Assembly (NCBI GenBank): GCA_016194445.1
Contig: JACQBP010000035.1
Coordinates: forward strand, 4,396 to 68,395
Length of the DNA stretch: 64,000 nucleotides
Direction: 5' to 3'
From: Candidatus Liptonbacteria bacterium
Lineage (GTDB): Bacteria; Patescibacteriota; Minisyncoccia; UBA6257; 2-01-FULL-56-20
Part shown: piece after piece, positions 56,712-64,000 of the stretch
How the letters are laid out: each line of letters starts with the position of its first letter
Numbering within the stretch: position 1 is the stretch's first letter
Notes under the pieces: generated by a model
Seen by the model: the letters and a program-made list of their open reading frames with translations, nothing else
The model's database searches: none
Told to the model about the DNA's origin: nothing
Made by a program: the position numbers and the translations under genes

Positions 56712-58177
56712 GCCTCTTTGATAAGTTTATTGTTTAAATTGCGATCCAATTCCTCGAATCGTTTAATAGATAGCTCTAAAAATTTTGATTCGGTATCAAT
56801 ACCTATAAATTTTCTTCCATGAAGATAGGCCGCAATGCCGGTAGTGGAACTTCCTGTAAATGGGTCAATGACCAGATCACCTTTATTCGTGCTTGCGAGT
56901 ACTATTCTTTTTAACAAATCTTCTGGTTTTTGTGTAGGGTGTTTTCCAAACTTTTTTTCTATCGGCTTGGGAGTGCCCATTGACCAAACCGAGCGCATTT
57001 GGAGCCCTGGCTTTTTTAAATTATCCTCCGTCCAATGGCCGTTTTTCATCAGATCATAATTGAATGTGTGTTTCGCCTTTCTTTCTTTTCTTGCCCAAAT
57101 TAAAGTTTCGTGACTTGCGGTAAAGTATCGGCAACTAAGATTCGGTGACGCGTTTGGTTTAAACCATGCGATGTCGTTTAAGATATGATATCCGAGTGCC
57201 TGTAGAGCATGGCCGCACTGGTAAATTGAGTGATAGGTACCGCTAACCCAGAGAGTACCGTGCGGCTTCAAAACTCTTCGACACGCCTCCATCCATTTGT
57301 AATGAAAATCATAGTCATCTTTAAACCCCTTACTCTTGTCCCAATCTCCCTTATTCACGCTAACCATTCGTCCGGCGTGAACCGTAAAGCCGCCGTTGGA
57401 AAGGTTGTAGGGTGGATCGGCAAAAATCATATCCACAGAATTTTCTGGAAGTCGTGCTATCACATCTAAGCAATTTGCTTGAAAGAGTTTGAATTTTGGT
57501 TTTTCGTAATAGGGCTTTAGTGCTACTGTACCTTGGTCTGTTTTTTCGATAACAATTTCGGGGATATTTACACTTGCTTCTTGAATCACATCCAGCACTA
57601 TCCCTTGGATCGAGACATCTCGTCCGTTTCTAAATATAAGCGGCTCCATGCTTTTGTTTGCTGGTTGTAAGCGAATATGTCCGCGTTCTCTATAAAATTT
57701 CTTTAGCGTTGCTTCGTGGTTATCGATGAGGGCGACTACCTTTTGTCCGTTATCGGCAACAGCTTGTTGCTTTACCAATACAACATCGCCATTATTGATT
57801 CCTTCATCGATCATACTATCGCCGAGCACGCGCAGGGCATAGAATTCACCGCTTCGTGGTAGCTTGTTTTGAGGGATCGCAATAGTTTCCTTTTCTTGTA
57901 TTGCCTCTATCGGCTGGCCCGCGGCTATGGTGCCCAAAAGAGGAATTTTTACCAGTTTAGCGGTTTTTTCTATTAAACTAATGCCACGCGCTGAATTATC
58001 GTTTTTTGCAACGAATCCTTTATCTGCCAAAACTCCGATATGCTGGTGGATCGTTGAAAGAGAGGAGAGTCGGAAGTGTTTTTTGATTTCTTCCAAAGTC
58101 GGTGAAAAGCCCTTCTTGTTGATATAAGACTCGGTGTAGTCGTAGATTTGTTTTTGTCGCTTGGTTAGTGTGGCCAT
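56708..58177 (-). CDS. LexA-like repressor (wHTH plus S24 peptidase) fused to a DpnA-like GATC N6-adenine DNA methyltransferase
   Basis: The N-terminal 200 aa align with E. coli LexA, including the AAG cleavage site and GDSM/K catalytic residues (LTKRQKQIYDY, GTIAAGQP, LRVLGDSMIDEGINNGDVVLV, TLKKF). The C-terminal 285 aa align with M.DpnIIB/DpnA: DMIFADPPYNLSNGG, VSVNKGDWDK, NLSCRYFTASHETLIWARK, GKHPTQKPEDLLKRIVLAST and VIDPFTGSSTTG. Confidence 0.8.
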   Translation of the reverse strand: MATLTKRQKQIYDYTESYINKKGFSPTLEEIKKHFRLSSLSTIHQHIGVLADKGFVAKNDNSARGISLIEKTAKLVKIPLLGTIAAGQPIEAIQEKETIAIPQNKLPRSGEFYALRVLGDSMIDEGINNGDVVLVKQQAVADNGQKVVALIDNHEATLKKFYRERGHIRLQPANKSMEPLIFRNGRDVSIQGIVLDVIQEASVNIPEIVIEKTDQGTVALKPYYEKPKFKLFQANCLDVIARLPENSVDMIFADPPYNLSNGGFTVHAGRMVSVNKGDWDKSKGFKDDYDFHYKWMEACRRVLKPHGTLWVSGTYHSIYQCGHALQALGYHILNDIAWFKPNASPNLSCRYFTASHETLIWARKERKAKHTFNYDLMKNGHWTEDNLKKPGLQMRSVWSMGTPKPIEKKFGKHPTQKPEDLLKRIVLASTNKGDLVIDPFTGSSTTGIAAYLHGRKFIGIDTESKFLELSIKRFEELDRNLNNKLIKEA

Positions 58178-58276
58178 AAACGATTGACTCGGTGTATTTA
58201 TTTTCTTACACTATCAGTATACCGAAGATTTGCCGAAGATGTAATAGCCCACTTATCCACATGCAGAGAAATAGCA

Positions 58277-58294
58277 AACAAGTCGACAAACTTG
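58277..58294. promoter_or_regulatory. ACAAGT-N6-ACTTGT palindrome (with central GTCGAC) in the divergent promoter region; candidate operator
   Basis: Only strong palindrome in the 170-bp region between the LexA-methyltransferase start and the 1205-aa gene start. Confidence 0.35.
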
Positions 58295-58347
58295 TCTATA
58301 AACTCTACGGCCTCACTTCGGAGGAGTTAAGATTGTAGAACAAAACC

Positions 58348-61300
58348 ATGCCGGAAAACGATAAAGAAATACCAGTTCCATATGAGAAGCCACTAATTTT
58401 AAGCGAGAAGCAAAAATGGCTTTGCTCACATTTGGATGCACTCAACGGCATTGAAAATTTTTGTCCAAACGCAATCCCATCCGATCTTTTTGTAGGCGCA
58501 CTGTCTTTGGTTAAATCAAAAAACAGAAAGACAAACCCTGATTGGATGGCACAGGCAGCTCATTCTTTGCGAGAAATATTATATGGAGTGGGGCAGGTCA
58601 GACGACCCAAAAATAAACTTATCCTGGCTTGGCAAGTTTTCTTGGGAAAAGGTGAAAATTCTCTGACTCGAAGAGCGAGGATTGAAAATTTATTGAAAGT
58701 ATACCAAGAGGAACAGCGGGCTTCAGAATTAGCTCATGTTTTAAATGATTTACATTTTATATTTACCAATATCGCTCATCATTTGCAGGATAGTCAAAAA
58801 CATAAGTATGTAAAAAAGAAACTAATAAAAATAGGGATTTCAAATCCAGAACCTTCCTTGATAGTAACTGAAGCTGTATTTGAACAATTGATGGATACTC
58901 TGGAAAATGCTTGGGCACAATCTATTCCTCGACAACTTACCATTCATGAACAAATCGATTCTCTGTTAAGCCGCGATCCAAAATTAGTCAGCAAAGGAGT
59001 TTTGAATGTTCTTTTATCTTTTAACCCCGACGCGCGGTACTACTTTTATACCAAAGCCGATGAGCGTTGGCTTGGTTGGCTTTGGGGAAATGGTTTTCTG
59101 GATGTTATCAAACAAAAAGCAGAAGATCCTACGCGCTATGGCTATAGAACACCAGAAGTTAATTACCTCGTAAAAGTTTCTGAAAAAGAGCCGGCAAAGG
59201 TGGTTGATATTATGCTGGCCGTACCGATTTCTACGGAGAACTTTAATCCAGAAGTGGTGGACAGGTTCTTACGCATTTGTAGTGGCTTGCCAGCACCAGA
59301 ACTCAAACGGATGGTAAAGAAAATTCGTGATGATGGATTGGTGCGACTTATGGGTGCATTCAACGATTGGGGTTTTGAGTATGAAAAAATGCTTAAAACT
59401 TTAACTGATGTCAATGACTTTGATAGCGTTCTTGTTCTTGCAGAGGCAGTACTTTCCATTCGTACAAAAAAAGAAGCCGAACAAACTTCGCGCGGCTTTT
59501 TGTCCGACAATCCTTTCTACTTCAAAGAACTAAGCTATACAAAAGTATTCGAATACTTACTCAAGGTGGATGAGAAAAACATTGAAAATGCACTCACCTT
59601 GGTAACCAGCACGATGAAAGAGGTTGTACTCTTTGGAGAAAAAGAAGGCAAGGATGAAGTGTTTAAGGTTTATGATAGCTACTTTTTATTAGATGTAGAT
59701 TTTTTTGAGCTTGAACTTACCGAAAAAGACAGGCTTTCGCACAGAGACGATGTTAAAAATCTCGCAGCTGTTATTAAGCATTATGCAGAGCAAACCATCG
59801 GGAAGAAATGTGACGATGTCGAATCGGCAGTTAAGCTGTATAACCAGTATTTTAATCATCTCCCGGATAGCCGCTCTATGTGGCGTCTCCGATTATTTGT
59901 ATTGAGTTTGTGCCCCGGCGCATTTAAAGAAGAGCTTAAAAAGGCATTCTTCCGATTGTTTGAGATTGAGCGTTACTATAACGAGATTATTTCTGGCACA
60001 GAATATTTGAAGGCGCTCCGTATTGGATTTCCTGTTTTATCTGATGATGATAAGCGTAAATATGTAAAACAGGTTATAGATTACTTTGTAAAAAAAGACC
60101 AAGAAAAAGAGAACGAAAAAGAAAATTGGCATATAGGGTATGGCTCGAGAATTATTTCAGTAATAGCCGATCAGCTTACTGAAGAAGAAAAACAAACAGC
60201 CAAAGACGCTGGATTTACGCTCGATCCTAACTATAAGCCAGAGCCATCCATAAAGATGGGTGGTTTTGCTGGTAGCATAAGACCAAGGGGACCGATAATC
60301 CAAGAAGAATTTGGAAATCTCTCGATAACTGATATTGCAGGGAAATTAAGAGTTGAATGGACGCCAGAAGAGTTGAGAAAAGAAAATACAAACGAGGATT
60401 TTCATAATCCCTTAAATGCAGAGGGTGTCGGCGAAATGTTGCGAATTGATATAACTAAGCGTCTACAAGATTATATAAATAACGCAAACATCTTTTTTGA
60501 ACGAGATAAATTAGACCAGCACTATACTTATTCTTTTCTGCGAGGCATACAAGAGGTTCTTCGAGGCAATAAAACCGAGGTCAGTGGTATAAATTGGGAT
60601 AATTTGATAGCTCTTTGCGTCACGATAAAGAAATCTGGCGAGACAAAACCCTTCGATAGCGGAAATCGCGAGCGCGATACTTTTGATGCGTGGCTTTCTG
60701 GCTGGACAGGCGTTCATTCTGCTATGACAGATGTTGTCCAAGAACTACTGACCGAAGAAAGGGGTGCTAAAATCGACTTTCCTAAATATCGCGATGACCT
60801 GTTTGGGGTCATAGGATATCTCCTTTCTTATCCCGATCCAGTTCCCGCCGACGAAGAGCCGAAAACAGCAAAAATGACTACAACGCCTCCTGGCGCAAAA
60901 GAACAAATGGTAAGCGATCCTTATTCGATGGCAATCAACACGGTACGGGGTAGAGCATTTCAAGCTTTTGCGTTGTTTATGTATCAAGACGGGAAGAAGT
61001 TCTCTAAAAACGAAAAAATAAAGATTTCCCTCGATGTTAAGGGACTGTACGAGGCTGTTCTCAAAAAAGAAAATACCCGGGCCCTTATGTTTATGTTCGG
61101 GCATTATCTGCCGTCGTTCTACTTTCGAGATAAAGAGTGGATGCAGAGCCTTTTCTCGCAGATTTTTTCTGCAGAGCCAACAAAGAAAAATCTCTATACG
61201 GCCGCATGGGAGGGCTATGTTTCAGCAAATCTTTATGATGAGATATTCTTCAACCCAGATACTCAGAAGTTATACGAACGGGGTCTTGCTCTGACAGATT

Positions 61301-61965
61301 CGGACTATCCACAACAAAAGCATTTCAAAGAACCGGACGAAGGCGTTGCTGTTCATGTTGCGCTTGCCTTCATGCACTTCTCGAAATTTGATTTTGACCA
61401 CGATCTATTCAAAAAATTCTGGAGTATGCCAAACCCGGAATATCACAAAGAATTTATCTCCTTTATCGGTCGCCACTCTATTTCACGAAAATCGGCTGCG
61501 GAATGGATAAAATACAATAAAGTCGATATTGAGAAACTTAAAAAGTTCTGGGATTGGGCGCTTAAAAATTGCAACATAGATGCGCTTACCGGCTTTGGTT
61601 TCTGGATTAATATGGAGCGTAGCCCATTGGATACAAAATGGCTCGCAAGTCACGCACGCCAAACGCTTGAGAAAACAAAGGGATATGTTGAGTGGGAATA
61701 TGGATTAATGCGCTCACTTGCGGCATTTGCAAAAGAGGCGCCGGAAGACACGCTTGCCATTTTGCGCGCTCATCTCCTTGAAGAGGTTGCAAAACATGAG
61801 CCAGTGAGAACATGGCTTCACATGGATGCCGAAGTTTATGACACCTTCAAAGAACTCTATAAAAATGAAGCGACAAAAGAAGGGGTGCGCACGCTTGTTA
61901 ACGACCTCTTGCCTTATCGTAATGGGATGTTTTGGGGGTTGAAATCTATCTTGGAAGAAAAATGA
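58348..61965 (+). CDS. large (1205 aa) uncharacterised alpha-helical protein, element-encoded
   Basis: Long uninterrupted ORF with no P-loop or nuclease motif found. Its stop overlaps the start of the PrimPol-helicase (ATGA). Confidence 0.5.
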   Translation: MPENDKEIPVPYEKPLILSEKQKWLCSHLDALNGIENFCPNAIPSDLFVGALSLVKSKNRKTNPDWMAQAAHSLREILYGVGQVRRPKNKLILAWQVFLGKGENSLTRRARIENLLKVYQEEQRASELAHVLNDLHFIFTNIAHHLQDSQKHKYVKKKLIKIGISNPEPSLIVTEAVFEQLMDTLENAWAQSIPRQLTIHEQIDSLLSRDPKLVSKGVLNVLLSFNPDARYYFYTKADERWLGWLWGNGFLDVIKQKAEDPTRYGYRTPEVNYLVKVSEKEPAKVVDIMLAVPISTENFNPEVVDRFLRICSGLPAPELKRMVKKIRDDGLVRLMGAFNDWGFEYEKMLKTLTDVNDFDSVLVLAEAVLSIRTKKEAEQTSRGFLSDNPFYFKELSYTKVFEYLLKVDEKNIENALTLVTSTMKEVVLFGEKEGKDEVFKVYDSYFLLDVDFFELELTEKDRLSHRDDVKNLAAVIKHYAEQTIGKKCDDVESAVKLYNQYFNHLPDSRSMWRLRLFVLSLCPGAFKEELKKAFFRLFEIERYYNEIISGTEYLKALRIGFPVLSDDDKRKYVKQVIDYFVKKDQEKENEKENWHIGYGSRIISVIADQLTEEEKQTAKDAGFTLDPNYKPEPSIKMGGFAGSIRPRGPIIQEEFGNLSITDIAGKLRVEWTPEELRKENTNEDFHNPLNAEGVGEMLRIDITKRLQDYINNANIFFERDKLDQHYTYSFLRGIQEVLRGNKTEVSGINWDNLIALCVTIKKSGETKPFDSGNRERDTFDAWLSGWTGVHSAMTDVVQELLTEERGAKIDFPKYRDDLFGVIGYLLSYPDPVPADEEPKTAKMTTTPPGAKEQMVSDPYSMAINTVRGRAFQAFALFMYQDGKKFSKNEKIKISLDVKGLYEAVLKKENTRALMFMFGHYLPSFYFRDKEWMQSLFSQIFSAEPTKKNLYTAAWEGYVSANLYDEIFFNPDTQKLYERGLALTDSDYPQQKHFKEPDEGVAVHVALAFMHFSKFDFDHDLFKKFWSMPNPEYHKEFISFIGRHSISRKSAAEWIKYNKVDIEKLKKFWDWALKNCNIDALTGFGFWINMERSPLDTKWLASHARQTLEKTKGYVEWEYGLMRSLAAFAKEAPEDTLAILRAHLLEEVAKHEPVRTWLHMDAEVYDTFKELYKNEATKEGVRTLVNDLLPYRNGMFWGLKSILEEK

Positions 61966-64000
61966 TCAATATAACCGAGCAACAACTTGAGTTATTTATG
62001 TCCTTATTTCGCGGCCGCGAAGATGTTTATGCGCGTCGCTGGGAAAAAGGTGATAAGTCAGGCTATAGCCCGGCGTACGATTTTAATTGGGACGAGTTCA
62101 TGTCGCATAAACGCCGAGGCGGATCAATGAAGGATTTCGATAATAAAACATTGCTTCCTCTTGCTAGAGAAGTGGTTAAAAAGCATCTTTTGGGACAGCT
62201 TGTTGTCGGAATTTATCCAATACTTACCGAAAATACTTCGTATTTTATTACGGCTGACTTCGATGGGGAAACTTGGAATAATGATGCAAAAGCGTTTCTT
62301 CGTATTTGCAAGGAAGAGTGTATCAATGCCTATCTGGAGCGCTCTCGATCAGGTAATGGCGGACATGTTTGGATATTCTTTTCTGAACCGTACCCATGCT
62401 ATAAAAGCCGGCAAATTGTTCTTGAATTAATACGCCGCGCATTTCATATCTCCGAATTTGAGAAAGAAGTTAGTTTTGACCGCTTATTTCCAAACCAAGA
62501 TACTCTTACGAAAAATGGGTTCGGTAATTTGATAGCTTTACCATTACAGGGAAGATCATTCGAACACGGAAATGCGTTATTTGTTGATGCTGCCACGAAC
62601 AAACCCTTCTCGGATCAATGGGCCTTTTTACAAAATGCGAAGCGCCACACACCTCAGGAATTAGAAACAATGCATAGCAAGCTTTTTAATACCGCAGATA
62701 AACCAATTCAATCTTTACCAAAAGACAATAGCTTCCAAATTACGGTCAGCAATCAAATAACATTGCCGCGCGCACAACTTACGCCAACGATTATTCATTT
62801 CCTTAAAAACGAACTTAATTTTTTAAATACCGAATATCTAACCAAGCGACGACTCGGTAAATCAACTTATAAGATACAAAAATATTTCAAATTAATTGAT
62901 GAGGCGGGAGATACCATTTCGTTACCGTGTGGTTTCTTAACCCAACTGAGTGCGTTTTTGGATCAAAATCATATTGCTTATGCTTTAACGGAAAACCATG
63001 CTCTTCTGGATGAAGCGACTTTTAATAACGACATTAAGCTAACACCCGCGCAGACAAAAGTTGTAGAACAAGCCACTGGCTATAATCAAGGAGTTATCGT
63101 GGCACCTTCTGGAAGTGGTAAAACGATAATGGGACTGGAACTAATCGCCCGGAGAAAACAGCCGGCCTTAATTCTTGTACACCGCAAACAAATTCTTGAT
63201 CAGTGGGTTGACCGCATACAAGCATTTTTGGGTATCGCAAAAACACATATCGGCCAGTATTCTGGTGTCAAGAAGAAAATCGGTAAGCAAATCAGCGTTG
63301 GCCTACTTCAAAGCTTTGCAAGAAAAGGTGATTTATCCGAGCTACAAAATTCTTTCGGCACAATAATTGTTGACGAATGCCATCACATCCCCGCATCAAC
63401 TTTTCGAGAGGTTATTGCCCAGTTGAATCCACAATATCTCTATGGGCTTACGGCTACGCCCAAACGCAAACATAACGACGAAAAGCTTATCTATGTTTAT
63501 ATTGGCGACATTGTTGCTCAAATGGCCGTATCTGATGTGCCTATTCACGAAACAAAAGTAAGTGTGTACACGCCAGAAGTTTTAATACGAACCACCAATT
63601 TAGAAATACCATTCAAATTTACCACCGACTACTTTCAATTACTGGCAAAAATCATTTCTTGCGATACTGGGCGTAATCGCTTAGTTGTCGATAACATACT
63701 TAGCGAGGTTGAGAAAAATAGAAAAATCCTTGTGTTGAGCGAACGAAAAGAACACCTCGAGATTTTAAACATGTATCTTAAAAGTAAATGCGAAACTATT
63801 GTTATTTCTGGAGATGATTCTGCTCGAGCGCGGAAATCAAAACTTGCACAAATTCAAAGCGGTCATTATCAGGTTATTCTTTCAACGGGGCAATTTTTTG
63901 GTGAAGGTATCGATATTCGAGGCACAACCTGTCTTGTACTGGCTTTTCCTTTCTCGTTCGAAGGCAAGCTCATCCAGTATATGGGGCGCCTACGCGATAT
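61962..64000 (+). CDS. PrimPol (archaeo-eukaryotic primase-polymerase domain) fused to an SF2 DEAH-box helicase; partial, runs off the window
   Basis: Manual translation: PrimPol motifs GIYP...YFITADFDGE and SRSGNGGHVWIFF; helicase motif I APSGSGKT, motif II IIVDECHH, motif III LYGLTATP. Confidence 0.65.
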   Translation, partial: MINITEQQLELFMSLFRGREDVYARRWEKGDKSGYSPAYDFNWDEFMSHKRRGGSMKDFDNKTLLPLAREVVKKHLLGQLVVGIYPILTENTSYFITADFDGETWNNDAKAFLRICKEECINAYLERSRSGNGGHVWIFFSEPYPCYKSRQIVLELIRRAFHISEFEKEVSFDRLFPNQDTLTKNGFGNLIALPLQGRSFEHGNALFVDAATNKPFSDQWAFLQNAKRHTPQELETMHSKLFNTADKPIQSLPKDNSFQITVSNQITLPRAQLTPTIIHFLKNELNFLNTEYLTKRRLGKSTYKIQKYFKLIDEAGDTISLPCGFLTQLSAFLDQNHIAYALTENHALLDEATFNNDIKLTPAQTKVVEQATGYNQGVIVAPSGSGKTIMGLELIARRKQPALILVHRKQILDQWVDRIQAFLGIAKTHIGQYSGVKKKIGKQISVGLLQSFARKGDLSELQNSFGTIIVDECHHIPASTFREVIAQLNPQYLYGLTATPKRKHNDEKLIYVYIGDIVAQMAVSDVPIHETKVSVYTPEVLIRTTNLEIPFKFTTDYFQLLAKIISCDTGRNRLVVDNILSEVEKNRKILVLSERKEHLEILNMYLKSKCETIVISGDDSARARKSKLAQIQSGHYQVILSTGQFFGEGIDIRGTTCLVLAFPFSFEGKLIQYMGRLRD

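Larger units (their letters stand above)
50415..64000. mobile_element. probable integrated mobile element (prophage or integrative element), truncated by the window end
   Basis: Integrase abuts a tRNA 3' end. The region carries a GATC restriction-modification system, a PrimPol-helicase and many small DNA-binding ORFs. Gene content changes abruptly after the tRNA. Confidence 0.55.

Overview
This 64-kb window looks like a reduced Patescibacteria/CPR-like genome; that assignment is inferred from the small gene set, the type IV pilus cluster and an LTD-domain protein. It splits into a housekeeping backbone (1 to about 50.1 kb) and a probable integrated mobile element (about 50.4 kb to the window end).

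Backbone, in order:
- PAP2 phosphatase and a PlsC-like acyltransferase.
- tRNA-Leu(CAA).
- A parA (soj) gene whose Walker-A codon GKT is interrupted by a 591-aa LAGLIDADG intein.
- parB with an in-frame repeat insertion.
- rel, topA, dprA, then tRNA-Ile(GAT) and tRNA-Val(GAC).
- An RluA-family pseudouridine synthase.
- A nine-gene type IV pilus cluster: pilin, PilB, PilC, pseudopilins, a WAWND-repeat secreted protein and a PilM/N fusion.
- pth, lepB, hisS, a HIT protein, rpsU, yqeY, ybeY, ftsA, ftsZ and rmuC.
- A complete F1Fo ATP synthase operon in the order atpBEFHAGDC.
- uppP, cspA, obg, a thermonuclease, an LTD protein and a class II ribonucleotide reductase with an ATP-cone.

Downstream of nrdJ lies a tRNA gene, most likely tRNA-Asn(GUU), split by a roughly 195-nt group I intron. 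A large serine recombinase overlaps its 3' end and opens a foreign region. That region encodes a LexA fused to a DpnA-like GATC methyltransferase, translationally coupled to a MutH/Sau3AI-like endonuclease. It also carries several small DNA-binding proteins, a 1205-aa orphan protein and a PrimPol-SF2 helicase fusion that runs off the window.

Several short repeat families recur in intergenic DNA: a CCCCGATAC...GTACGGGG element with terminal inverted repeats, a GTAGTAGAA/TTTCACTAC hairpin family, and a GCTACGAAATACGAA palindrome family. A CTACAAC heptanucleotide tract sits at the start of one pilin-like gene. No rRNA genes or CRISPR arrays are present.
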